Shown here piece by piece: positions 22,965 to 35,232 of a stretch of DNA of 64,000 nt. Each line of letters begins with the position of its first letter. The stretch's first letter is position 1. Source of the DNA: Podarcis bocagei (lineage: Eukaryota); NCBI GenBank assembly GCA_964188305.1, contig OZ076902.1; one strand, given 5' to 3'. Below the pieces are notes generated by a model. It was not told the DNA's origin. It saw only the letters and a program-made list of their open reading frames with translations, and ran no database searches. The position numbers and the translations under genes are program-made.

Positions 22965-23856
22965 CTGCAGAAAGCAAATGCAAAATGAAACAAACACTGG
23001 TGGGGTGGGGGGAAGGGGGGTTGCGGGAGAAGAGGGCCGCTGGCTGCACTGGATTCCAAAGGAACAGAAGATGGTGAGCTGTCACAAAGCACAGAGGCGC
23101 CTCCCTCCCACATCAGCTCCCAGAGAGGACTAGGAGGGGATGCAGCGGGGTGGGGGTGGTCAGCTGCCTACCCACATCTGGATTAACCCAGTGACCCACC
23201 CCTGCTGCGGCCACTTTCTCCGCTGCATTCTGGCCAGTGGGTTAAACACTGTAGGGCTGTGTCAGCCCCTTTGCCAGTCAGAGATGATTCAGCTGTAGGG
23301 CAGTACAAACAAGACACACACCTATAGCAGAGATATCCCTGCCTCTCACTGCACAGTTACTGCAGATGTTCACACTGCCCCAAAAACAGCCGCATGCAGA
23401 GGCCCCTTTTAATAGCATAGAGAAAAGTGCAGGAGGGATGAACGCAAGAGCAAAGCACTGAACACAGAGGCTGGATCAGTTTAAGTTGCTGTTTCTCTTG
23501 CATTTGGAGAAGCCCAGATGGAGAGAGAAAGTGCCTTGGACATTTCTCTGCAAAATTCTTGGGGAGCTGCTTTTTGTTTTAATGGCTTGTTTTCATTTCC
23601 TTCTCATCCCATGCTCAGTGGAGAAATAGATGTGGACAAGTTAAAATAATTTTCAGTTCAAAAAATATATTCTACTTTTTATCCTGCCCAGGGAGTTGAG
23701 GATGTTGTACGTGGTTGCTCCGTTCACAACCCTCTTCATTTTATTATCTCAACAGCCCTGCAAGGAACCTCAGGCTCCCAAGTCGCCCAGGGAGAACTTC
23801 ATGGTTGACAATTGAGGCAGGAGGAGGGCAAAACAAAGATGGCTGAAAAAGATGGT

Positions 23857-23857
23857 G

Positions 23858-23902
<45 letters not shown>
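23857..23902 (+). repeat. (GT)n(GA)n compound microsatellite
   Basis: Direct reading. Confidence 0.9.
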
Positions 23903-23903
<1 letters not shown>

Positions 23904-24280
23904 CTGGGAAGAATTTTTCCATCAGTTTGGTGCTGCTGCAATAGCAGCAGACCCAGAAGCCTTGGAATAAGCCCCTCTTAATCACTGGGACTTAGCACTG
24001 ATCTCGTTTGCTGACTTGTAAATAGCAGCCATAGTTCATGCCTGCTCAGGAAAAGGCTGGGCGAATCCCAAGCATGTCTGAACTCTCAAGTAAATGTGAA
24101 CTCTGCGCTTGCTGCCCATTGCTCAGTGTGGAGAATTCACAGTGCAAAGAGCAAGCACCCATGGAGAAGGCACAGGAAAGCAAAGTGACTAATGTCATTT
24201 GTGCTCCACTGAGGGAGAAGGAGCTCATCTTCCAGCTTTTCATCCAGGGTACCTCCAAGCATCCTTTTCATTGGGCATTT

Positions 24281-24416
24281 ATAGAATCATAGAGTTGGAA
24301 GGGACCACAAGCATCATCTAATCCAACCACATGTGATACAGGAATCTTTTTGCTCAATGTGGGGCTCAAACCAACTACCCTGAGATCGAGTGTCTCGTGC
24401 TCTAACAACTGAGCTA
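24281..24416 (-). mobile_element. Short tRNA-Lys-like SINE with CR1 3' tail
   Basis: Minus strand TAGCTCAGTTGTTAGAGCACGAGAC...GGTTTGAGCCCC...CCCTTCCAACTCTATGATTCTAT; paralogues at 43137-43274 (+) and 48234-48359 (-). Confidence 0.75.
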
Positions 24417-26234
24417 GCAAGCACTGATTGTTTGTGCCCATGAAGGTATTGGGGTAGTTATAAGCAATCCCACTTTCAATACTGCTTGCACCTCTGCAAT
24501 GGTTCTAGGCCGACATATTGCTTCATTTCCAAACACATTCTCCACAAATGCACTGCTAATGTGTCAATGGCATGTTGTGAAAATAAAACCCAGCCTGGAG
24601 CAGCTTTCACTCCACAAACTCAAGTCCTCAGCTTTTGTTCTGGACCAGGGAGAAAATGAACGTTCACTTTGGTTTTTGGTGTTCAGCTCCCTGATTGTAT
24701 TGGGAGATTGTAATTCATGTTAAAGACACACACACACACACACAGAAGACAATGATGGCTCATCTTTTCTTCCACTGCCCTATGGGTAGTAATGTCCATG
24801 AATGTAGACAGCTCTAAAGGGAGATTAGATGAATTCACGAAGGATTAGACTAACAATTGGTACTTATCAGGATGGGTGTAGACGACCCTCCAGTGTCAGG
24901 GGCAGTACACCTCTGAAAACCAGTTGCTGAGCAGGACAAATGTCGCTGCTGCACTCAGCTCCTGCTTGCAAGGCATCTGGTTGGCCTCTGTGAGAACAGA
25001 ACGTTGATGAGTCTTTGGCCTTATCTAGCTGCAGGGCTCTTCTGATATCCTTATGTTTTGCACACTAGTTGTGGCCGACAAAGCCTTGCTCCTCCTGCCT
25101 GGTCCCTGTTTCTTGGAGTGGCTGGCAGTGCAAGCCAGGCCCAGTCTCCCATTCCCCATGCAGACAACTGGTGTGCCGACACATGGTAGTACTTGGATGA
25201 CCCTACTGAGTTGCGCTCACCATTTCTACGCACCACAGAATTCCTCCTCTGGTCTGAAGAACCAGAGGCACCTCAAGAATGCGACATTTCCTTTCTTTAA
25301 AAGAGAACAGACTGGAAGAGGGGCCCCAAGTGCTCTCTTCCAGAGCCAGAGAAGAGGTGTAACAGCAACAAAGCAGGCAGCCCTGGGGCTTACTGGCTGG
25401 GGAAAGAGCTCTTCCACAGTGCTGCCCCAAGAGGTACTTGGCCAAGGTCAGGGTACAAGGAACGCTCAGGATATCCAAGGGGAAAATATGTCTACCCCAC
25501 AGTCTGCGGCTGAGGAGGCAGAACAGCAAGGCTAGATCAAAGCCGGAAGGAGGAGTGCAGATGGAGAGAGAAAGAGAGCTGGGGGAGGGGGAGGGAAGCA
25601 GGGGGAGGGGGGGAAGAACCTGGCAGCTCCCAGGGAAAGGAGAGACAGACAGTGCCCTTGCTTCCCTTTGCAAACATCTGAACCTCGTTTCTCCCTCTCC
25701 TCTCACTTCAAAGTGGGCTTGGCAACTCCCCAAGGCAGGACTGCTGCAAAGGCTTTGGGTCCAACAGGATCAAAAACAAAAGCTGGTCCTGGGGAGGGAG
25801 GGAAGTGGGGAGGGTCCCTGCTGTGTGCCTCTCCCTTCGTCAATTGACCACAGCCCAAATTATATGCAGGCAACATGGAAAAGAAAGTCCAGCTGCTGGG
25901 AGGTGGTGCAGGGCAGCTCACTACGCCCAAGGCACAAGGACGTGGGGACGGCAAGACGGACACAATGCTGGTATCTGAACGCTCAGCATTTGCTCCCAGT
26001 CCCAGTCAACAAAATGGCAGAGCTACAACAGGCCAATAAGGGAACCATTTCACCTTTTTCCCATGCAGATACAGCAAGAAAAATGCATTCCCGTGGGTTT
26101 CTCAGGGGATATTGTAAAACCCAAGAAGGGACCCAACATCATATTCCACAGGAAACTGGCAGTGGGAAGTACATGGGCTCCCAATTCCCATGAGCCTCAG
26201 CGTCATACAACTGTGTTGGCTGGGGCTGATGAGA

Positions 26235-26425
26235 ACAGGACGTTGCCATACAGAATGAGACCACTGATCCATCTGGTAAGGTGTGGTCCACACTGACCGG
26301 CATGGGCTCTCTAGGCTTTCAGGCAGTGAGTCTTTCCCCAGCTTCACCAGGAGATGCTATTCAACATTGAACCTGGGACCTTCTATGTGCTAAGCAGATG
26401 CTCTTGTCACTGAGCTGCAGTCCTC
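26235..26425 (-). mobile_element. tRNA-Ala-derived SINE (Squam3-like), degraded
   Basis: Reverse complement resembles 8532-8729 (TTGAACCTGGGACCTTCT...CACTGAGCT). Confidence 0.65.
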
Positions 26426-26875
26426 TCCCTTTGGAGTTCTGTTTACTTGAAGGACACCAGGCTAAGGAAAGCTGCTTTTATCTCTGGACTAAACACTTAA
26501 TTCTTAGGTTGAAGAATGAACTAGAAAGCTCAAAGTGTGCAAACACACGCACACACACATGCTCCAGACCATGATGAAGGTCACAAAGGCATCTGCCAGG
26601 AGTTGCTGGAGTCCTGACAAAGCAAAATCAAGTCCAGCCAGAGGGCTATGCAACCCCTAACTTGCCAGCCTGCAGGCTTTCCATCCCACACAGCTGCTTC
26701 TCACTCATGGTTGCTCCTATTTGCCACCTTTGACACCACTTTCACCTAATGTGCACAAACCACAACACAGCTGGAGGGGAAAGCAGAGAGGCAACACCTG
26801 GGAGAGAGCAGGGGCTCCACAGGTCACGACAGCATCAGCAAAGCAGCTATGAGAGAAGCCCAGGCTTTGGCTCAC

Positions 26876-27061
26876 CAGCTTCTGGAAGAGGTCCCCCACC
26901 CTCTGTTGGTGGCTCCACTGCTGCACCCGTGGCAAGAGCCCGTCATAGAAGTCCTTGTGGATCTCGTAGAGCTCAGGCACTTTGAAGAAGATGGTTTCGA
27001 TCTGCTGACTGGTCAGCACAGGCTGTGAGGTGGTGGCAGCAGCTTTGAGAGGCTTCATGGG
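26876..27061 (-). CDS. BCR: BCR exon 4 (186 bp), DH domain
   Basis: ttccag|CCC...CTG|gtgagc; [62 protein letters not shown]. Confidence 0.97.
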
Positions 27062-27416
27062 CTGGAAAACAGAGACCACCCTTCATACAGGTGAAAAAAC
27101 AAAGGCATCCACCAGCCAGAACGGCTGGGCTTCCTGTCTGATTGCACCGGAATGTCCCCATTTGGACATGCTCCAAATCAGCCTTGCTCAACCTGGTCTC
27201 CAAATATTTTGGACTACAACACAGCCATGCTGGTTGGAAGTGAGGGGTGTTAAAATCCAAAACATCTCCAGGTTGAGGAAGGCTGTTCCAGATCTTTGTG
27301 AAAAAGTCCAATCCTATTCCGTTCTCCCATGAAGTGTAAGACATGGTGGCCACTTCAGGAACCCTCTGCTCACAACCACCAAGCACAGTCTACTGGGGAA
27401 TTCTCCTGCTGAAGTC

Positions 27417-27881
27417 ATAGAATCATAGAGTTGGAATAGACCACAAGGGCCATCGAGTCCAACCCCCTGCCAAGCAGGAAACACCATCAGAGCACTCCTG
27501 ACATATGGTTGTCAAGCCTCTGCTTAAAGACCTCCAAAGTAGGAGACTCCACCACACTCCTTGGCAGCAAATTCCACTGTCGAACAGCTCTTACTGTCAG
27601 GAAGTTCTTCCTAATGTTTAGGTGGAATCTTCTTTCTTGTAGTTTGGATCCACTGCTCCATGTCCGCTTCTCTGGAGCAGTAGAAAACAACCTTTCTCCC
27701 TCCTCGATATGACATCCTTTTATATATTTGAACATGGCTATCATATCACCCCTTAACCTCCTCTTCTCCCGGCTAAACATGCCCAGCTTCCTTAGCCGTT
27801 CCTCATAAGGCATCGTTTCCAGGCCTTTGACCATTTTGGCTGCCCTCCTCTGGACACGCTCCAGTTTGTCAGTGTCCTTCT
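27417..27881 (-). mobile_element. Young 5'-truncated CR1 LINE (ORF2 C-terminus intact)
   Basis: ORF 27487-27939 reads [22 protein letters not shown]...KRRLRGDMIAMFKYIKG...FKQRLDNHMSGVL with no stops; ATTCTATG-type tail; putative TSD TGAAGTC (27410-27416, 27882-27888). Confidence 0.93.
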
Positions 27882-28110
27882 TGAAGTCCCATTGAAATGA
27901 ATAGGAACAGTTTACACAAGCCTGACAATGCTCTTGCACAGCTTCCGTTACTTTTAATGAAGGGGGGGGGGGCTGAACTCAAGAGCTTCCCAGTCAGTTA
28001 GGACGAGGGAAATCCCTTTTGGCTATTCCACCGCAAATTCACAGTGTCTTCAGCCAGTTCTGGAAATAAAACCCACGCCTCCCCATCCACATGTTCCTGG
28101 GTGTTCTTAC

Positions 28111-28215
28111 CAGCAACAGAGCTTCAAGGTGGCCTAAATAGGTTTCCTCACTAGCCAGGATTCCAGACAGGACCCATTTCCTCATCTCCAAGCCCTTCTC
28201 CAAGTCTGGCTCACT
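28111..28215 (-). CDS. BCR: BCR exon 3 (105 bp), start of DH/RhoGEF domain
   Basis: tctag|AGT...CTG|gtaaga; [35 protein letters not shown]; not in the ORF track, translated by hand. Confidence 0.96.
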
Positions 28216-29873
28216 CTAGAGAAAGGAAAGACGCAAGAAAAACAATGGTAAGGCAGTGCGGAAGGCAGCTCTCTAAGCTGGATGTGGAATTGGGGATTAA
28301 GGGAGAATTTTTGTTAAGTCTGCATTTTAAGTGAAATGACTCAATTCCCACCTCCAATACCAAGGCGCATACCATAACACATACTTATCCCTTTGCATTT
28401 CACATTTCCCGGTTCAAATGGCATATTAAAATGCATGCAGTGTTTAGAAATGCATACACAGAGGTGAAATACATTGTGACAAAATATGCATTTAGCTACA
28501 CATTTTCACACTTCCTTTTAAATGCAGAAAATAGCAGGGACTTGTGAACGAGCCTCAGCAAAATTAACTCGGAATGAAAATAGGCAGATCCATCCAACCC
28601 TAGCTGTGATGCCTCAAAGACTCATAAATCTCATTCTGACAGGGGTGCTGCAAGGAAGCTTGCCTGCACTAAAACGGTGGCACACAGGCAAAAAAAGGTC
28701 AGTTTGCTAACGCAGGGAGCACCAAGCATACCCCAAAACAGGAGATACATAAAGTGTGAAGGGGAGGTGGTGAAAGGAAGCAGGCTTTCACACCTTGATT
28801 TGAGTTCGCAGACTCCAGTGCTGCATACCTGGAGTACAGTTCTGAGACAGACAGACCCACCATCACTTAGATGTTGTGAAAAAATCAGAAATTGGGGGTG
28901 GGAATGGGGAAGAAGTATGAGATACAAACCAGCAGCATAAAAGCTTTATTCGCTAGCAGCTTAGCCATTCTACAGCTCTTTGGTGCGTGTTGCCCATTTG
29001 CAAGGAACAGCACCATATCCCCACTGGGCACTGCTGCTGTGCAAAGAGCACTCAAGTCCTCCAGCTGACAGGCACATCCTAGGATCTCTAAAGCAGGCCC
29101 CAAACATCTCGGAGGCCCGGATGCTCTTTGTACCGGCACACTCAACCCTTGGGGTTCAAGGAGCAATTTGTTCTCAGTTTTGCACAAAGGTGGTCACCAG
29201 CTCAACATCAACAGCGCAGTCCACACATTACACGAAGTTGCTTGGTTCTTTCATGTGCTTGGAGTGAAGTCACAGATGCAAATCCATCAGCAGTTTTACG
29301 GAAGCTGCTAAACTGGCACTGCAGTGGTCGCCAGTTGCTCACATGCTCTCTTTTGTGCAGCTCCACCCCTTTTCTTACTGCTCTTACCTTTGCCCCCACC
29401 TTCCCTCTTATGATTACTAATCTCCATGGCGAGCCCCTTCGTACCAATCCCTGCAGACACACTCCTTAGCAGAGGCAGGAGTCGTCCAGCCTAAAACATC
29501 AAGTCAGTGTGCTTGCTTATTTTTCACTTCCAAAAAAATGCTGTGCTGCCCTGCAGCATAAATATCAGGGCTGTCTATACAACAGATCTCACAAGATAAT
29601 AACAACAAATTACAAAGCAAGACAGCAGTTTTAAAAATGCGAGCTGAACTGCATCTCCCAGCACTGTTGACCGACTGGGGTTCTCATGGTAAACGTCTCA
29701 CACTTTGAACTGTGGTTGGAAACAGAGCAGGGAAGACATTTTAGAAATAGGTGGGAGCTGTTCCTCCAACAAAGTTATTAAATTTGTAAATCATCTGAGT
29801 GGTTAAAGAAGCCTGGGTGTCAAGGGTTTGTAAACGCCGGTGGCCCAAGTTTTTCTGCTTGTCTACCAAAATA

Positions 29874-30133
29874 CCGTATTTTTTGCTCTATAAGATTCAC
29901 TTTTTCCCGCCTAAAAAGTAAGGGGAAATGTGTGTGTGTGTTATGGAGCGAATGCAGGCTGCACAGCTATCCCAGAAGCCAGAACAGCAGGAGGGATTGC
30001 TGCTTTCACTGCGCAGCGATCCCTCTTGTTGTTCTGGCTTCTGAGATTCAGAATATATTTTTTTCTTGTTTTCCTCCTCCCAAAACTAGGTGAATCTTGT
30101 GGTCTGGTGTGTCTTATAGAGCGAAAAATACGG
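29874..30133 (+). mobile_element. Tc2/pogo-like MITE (CCGTATTTTT TIR)
   Basis: TA|CCGTATTTTTTGCTCTATAAGA ... TCTTATAGAGCGAAAAATACGG|TA. Confidence 0.9.
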
Positions 30134-32252
30134 TACTTTTGCAAGGAAGCCAGCAGTGTTGTAGTGAAGTTTCAAGTGCAGGAGCCCCTCATGACAGCCC
30201 CCTCCCAAGCACCCCTGAAAGAAGATTCATAGAGTAATAGATGCATGCATGCAAAAATTTAATTGGATCAACTGAAAGTCATTGATGAATGAACTGGCAA
30301 AGGGCGGTGATTATAGTTAACAAGCTGGAATTTGACTGGGGAGGCCTAGCTATGCATCAGCCATGACTACAATCCTCTGCATAGTTTCTGGGGAGTGATC
30401 TCTGTGGGCCTCCCCTACGCTCTAGGTTCAGCTGGCAAAACACAGAGATTTTAACAAGTGTTCTTCAGCCAGCTGAAACGCGGCTTCTAAAAATGCAAGG
30501 AACTAGAATGTAAGAATGTAAGACAAGCCTGGTAGATCAGGCCAATGGCTCATCTAGTCCAACATTCTTGTTCTCACAGTGGCCAACTTTATACCTGCAG
30601 GAAGCCTGCAAGCCGTAAATGAGCACCACAACTGTTATCATTTAGGCTGCTGACACAAGGGAGAGAAACATCCAGCCTCTATCTGGCTGATTATTGTCCT
30701 CATTCTCTGAAAGTCTCATCATCACTTCCTTCACTTTGAAAGAACAAGGAGGGTCCATCAGTTGCCCAGAAGGTGATGTAATTGCTCCTGATCTGGAAAG
30801 TCCAGGCGTTGTGCTCCCCTCCCCCTCCCCAGTTCCTGCCCTACTACGCCACAGGGAAGGAACTGGGATGCTGCTGCAGAGTGTATTCAGTTGTGGCAGG
30901 CTGTGGATTCCGTGAAACGCAAAGATCAGAGAGGGTCAGCTCCATCCTGGAACCTGTTTTGAAATGGCTTGAGGCCCTTCCCCTGTTTCGCTTCAATTAA
31001 TAACAATGCGAGAGTAAGGAATTAAGGTCTGGAAACACAATGAATGAGCAATGCTGCACAGCAGGCCCCACTGGCACCTGCCTCCAGCAAGGGAAATGTT
31101 GTTTTCCAGTGGGTGTGTTAAAGAGGGAGCTGTAAAGAACAAGTATCTTCCCATGACTTTGTGGGAAGCAGCACAATGAACATTTTCAGAGCAGAGACTT
31201 CCAGTAAAAAAAAGGGAGAGGGGGTGGGGGAGACACAGAGAGGCCAACGGGGGATGAAGAGCGGAGAGAGACAGAGAGATATTAATTAGGATCCTTATAA
31301 CGTACATTATCTTCCGGGGCTTCTGTTTAATAAGCTGCTGGAGAAGGTTTCACTGCTTGAGTGGTGCTGAACAGGGAATGTTTTCTGCAGAACCAGCCGG
31401 CTGTGCTTCATGTGGAGAGAGGTGGAGGAGCAGGGAGAGAAGCCAACATTTATTTATAACCACCCAATGGTGTTCATGCCAACCTCTGCTCAGGAAGGGC
31501 TTGTACATTCAGGCAAAGCCATTAAAACAGCAGAGAACAAGCAGGAGGAAGAGGAGGAGGAGGAGGAGAGGGAGAGCGAGGGGGAAAGCCAACACCAGCC
31601 TCAAGCAGGTGATCTTGGGAGTCAAGCAAAGGCAAGGTGGGGGATGCCAAGGACAACGCCAAGGACCTTGGGCATTGCTTGACGAAGCACTGGCTGGGCA
31701 CTCCCTGCCCCCTCCCAGGCCATGCACCACAGGAGCCAAGAGCCTGATCTGGAGCAGAAAGGAGCCTGGAAGGAGGAGATGGATGTAGCCACAGCTGGCC
31801 TTTGGAGGCTTGCCGTGGACCACAGTCTCAGCCTACCCATTGCCCACCCCCCAAAAAAAATATTTTCCTTCTGGTCATCGCTGGGAGGACTGCTTGCAAG
31901 GGAAGAAACATGACAGGAACACCCCCATCCCCAAGAAACAGCTGACTCCAAGGTACCAAGCCCACTGAATCAGAGAGGCTGCAAAACAATCGGGGGGTTC
32001 TCACCATAGGCAGGCCTAAACCAGGCCAGAGAGCTGCCCCAGAGACTGTGCTTTCATAGATGCCTTGCCATTACTTGTATATTTATTGTCCTGGTACGGA
32101 TAGCCAGCATCATGGTGGTGGTGTCCTCCAGATATTGGACTCCCAATATCAGCTCAATATTGGATCAACTGGAAGTCACTGATGAATGAACTGGCAAAGG
32201 GCGGTGGTCAGGTTGGCCAGCAGTCCTATGAGTTCAGTAACATCAAATGCCT

Positions 32253-32395
32253 AGACAGCTCATTGGTTAGAGCATGGTGCTGATAATGCCAAGGCTGCAA
32301 GCTGAATCCCCATATGGGACAGCTGCATATTCCTGAATTGCAGGGGTTGCATTACATGATCCTCAGGGTCCCTTCCAACTCTACAATTCTATGAT
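32253..32395 (+). mobile_element. tRNA-Ile-like SINE with CR1 3' tail, inserted in a palindromic hAT MITE
   Basis: AGCTCATTGGTTAGAGCATGGTGCTGATAATGCCAAGG head; GGGTCCCTTCCAACTCTACAATTCTATGAT tail identical to that of the CR1 ending at 16364. Confidence 0.75.
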
Positions 32396-33624
32396 CTGGA
32401 GGGCACCATGTTGACCACTCCTGCCCTATGGTACTTTACGCTGCCTTGAACATTTTGAATGAGACATCACATCTAATAGATAAATTGAGCTTTTCTTAAT
32501 AAACTGGGATTCCTGAGGAGTAGCCAGGCTGGGCCACAAGTGCCTCCAATACTTCTCTCCATTGATGATGATGATGCATAATAACGCAGATTTATACACC
32601 ACTTCCTAGCCAAGAGCTTAAAAAGCGGTGTATACAATGAGAGCAAAAAAAAAAAGATAAAACTACAAAGACAGACTGAACAAACAAAAAGCAAAAACTC
32701 CATTCCTACAGCTTTGCAGTTATCATACCATAAATTGACTGGGTCACACTTCAGGGAAAAGACTTCTTAAAAGAAAAAAGTTGGGGTCAAAACAACATCA
32801 CCAGACACAGTATTTCCCTCCCCTATCAGCAAAGAGTCAAAGCTTTTTGGGGAAGTGCCACAGGCACTCTCTGCTCCTCAGTGCCAAACTGCCCAAGGCC
32901 AGAAGAGAAAGTATTTCTCAAACCAGTTTGGCCACCCTTTGATCCTACCCCTGATAGGATGTACCAACCAGCTGCTGACTAGGCAAGGCCACCTTTTCTG
33001 ATGTCTACCAGCCAGGATATTATGTCAGAGCTGCACGTAAAAGCTCCTCGGAAGAGCAAAGAGCTTCTCACACAGCCGCTGGCCAGGAGGAAGGGCCAGC
33101 TCCCGGCACAACTTTGATTCTAGAAATCAGCCCTGGTGGCACAATCAGAAGCTACAACCACTGCCTCAGTGCAGAGGCATGTGACTTTAGAGCAGCCTTC
33201 CCCAAGCTGATGCCCTCCAAACACTTTGGGCTACATCTCCCATCAGCCCTAGCCAGCAAGGCCCATTGGATGCTGGTGCTAGCCCAAAATATCTGGAGGG
33301 CACCAGGCTGGGGAAAGCAGACATTGATGCTAGCAACCAGGCACGCTGCATTCTCCCCTCGCCCCCTCCTGCGGAAGCAGACTCTGGGGAAATTAAAAGG
33401 CCTTGCTTCTTGCTCCAGCTGCTACGGCTGAGGAATCGTAAAAGGAACCACAAAAAAAGGATGAGTGACAGCGGGTGGCTCTGGGAATTAAAAGCACGCG
33501 CAAAAGATGCCAAAAGCTCTCTGCAGTGGGGAAAAAGCAGGGGGAGAGAGACTGTTCACGTCCTTGTACAGTACTGCCTTGCTCCTTCCCCACAATCTTA
33601 TGGCGAATACAAACCCTTTATTTA

Positions 33625-33884
33625 CCATATTTTTTGCTCTATAAGACTCACTTTTTCCCTCTTAAAAAGTAAAGGGAACTATGTGCGCGTCTTACGGAGC
33701 GAATGCAGGCTGCGCAGCTATCACAGAAGCCAGAACAGCAAGAGGGATTGCTGCTTTCACTGCGCAGCGATCCCTCTTGCTGTTCCGGCTTCTGAGATGC
33801 AGAATATTTTTTTTCTTGTTTTCCTCCTCCAAAAACTAGGGTGCGTCTTGTGATCTGGTGCGTCTTATAGAGCGAAAAATACAG
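33625..33884 (+). mobile_element. Tc2/pogo-like MITE (CCGTATTTTT TIR)
   Basis: TA|CCATATTTTTTGCTCTATAAGAC ... GTCTTATAGAGCGAAAAATACAG|TA. Confidence 0.9.
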
Positions 33885-34541
33885 TATTTAGAGAGCAAAC
33901 TCTTGAAAGGCAGTGCACACCCCAGGGACAACAGTGTCATTTTATACATTAGGAATGGTGATTCTGTGGCCCTTCAGACCTGGCACTGATCACTGGCCAG
34001 GCTGGCTGAGGCTGCTGGGTGTTGTAGTCCAGCAACGCCTGCACGGCCCAGGTTCACCATCCATTATATATAAAATGAGAAAGCTTCTGTCATACTGGAT
34101 GATTCATGTACTGACGATTGATGTACACACAGCAGGATCCCTGAACTACCAAGGAGTTAATTTCAGTTTAGTTTAACCCCTCCGCTGGAAAGATGATCTT
34201 AACTGGCAGCTTGGCAGGCAAAGGGCAGAGTTGGCTTCTGGGGAGGTCAGAGCATGTACATGTAGATTTGCAGGCCGACCCAGAAGAGGCCAAGGGCTGA
34301 GCATCACGGGTCAGATCTCAGGGGGCAGGAAGAAAGAAGGCAGCCAGACCTGCCTGGATGTGATAGTCCACACGTGGCAAATCGGTGGGGCAAAGGACTC
34401 ACCCTTCCTGACAACTGCAGCTTTCATTTGGGAATGTAAGCAAGCCACAATCCCTTCCTTATCTCTATGACAATGAACCTGAACACAACGTCTGCGGAGA
34501 TCTCTCATGGGCCAGAGAGGGCAACTGAAGTTGGGGTCCAG

Positions 34542-34893
34542 TAAACCACAGAGCCTAGGACTTAAACAACAGAGCCTAGGACTTGCCGATCTGAAGGTTG
34601 GCGGTTCGAATCCCCGTGACAGGGTGAGCTCCTGTTGTTTGGTCCCAGCTCCTGCCAACCTAGCAGTTTGAAAGCACACCAGTGCAAGTAGACAAATGGG
34701 TACTGCTCCGGCGGGAAGGTAAATGGCGTTTCCGTGCGCTGCTCTGGTTCGCCAGAAGCGGCTTAGTTATGCTGGCCACATGACCCAGAAGCTGTACGCC
34801 GGCTCCCTCAGCCAATAAAGCAAGATGAGCGCCGCAACCCCAGAGTCGGCCACGACTGGACCTAATGGTCAGGGGTTCCTTTACCTTTACTTT
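34542..34893 (+). mobile_element. Sauria SINE, 5'-truncated, with a 21-bp tandem duplication at its 5' end
   Basis: TAAACCACAGAGCCTAGGACT followed by TAAACAACAGAGCCTAGGACT, then the canonical body and ACCTTT tail. Confidence 0.9.
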
Positions 34894-35047
34894 GGCCAGG
34901 TGGTGTGCAGACACACACTTTCAACTGACAAAACAATAGTTTGTACGAAATAGGGGAGAAAAACCACTAGGACATAAATTGGGCAAATGAGAGAACCTGA
35001 ATGGGTTTCCTCCTACAGTCCGCTCCAAGAGTCAAAAGGAGGCTTAC

Positions 35048-35232
35048 TGATTTTGTGGATTCCAGAGACCCCGAGGAAATGGTGTCACGGCTGCCTCGGC
35101 TCTTGGAGCTGAGATGGGGAGAGGAGGAGGGCGAGTCGTCGATGTAGGGCATCATGTCATGGTGACGACGCTGCTCTTCGGCCCTGTCCACGTCATAGGC
35201 GTAGCCAGGCGGCATCCCACTAAAAGACAAGT
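35048..35232 (-). CDS. BCR: BCR exon 2 (185 bp)
   Basis: cttcgcag|AC...TCA|gtaagc; encodes (D)LSFSGMPPGYAYDVDRAEEQRRHHDMMPYIDDSPSSSPHLSSKSRGSRDTISSGSLESTKS, matching BCR exon 2 (one codon longer than human as recalled). Confidence 0.96.

Noticed and set aside
25438-26193. Longest ORF in the track (251 aa, + strand)
   Set aside because: Non-ATG start, antisense to BCR, runs through low-complexity GA tracts, no known motifs.
33266-33853. 195-aa + strand ORF
   Set aside because: Chimera of two MITEs and intervening DNA.
34403-34465. Strong donor AGG|GTGAGT on the minus strand in intron 2
   Set aside because: The putative exon is 62 nt with an immediate stop, and its ATG is out of phase with exon 3.
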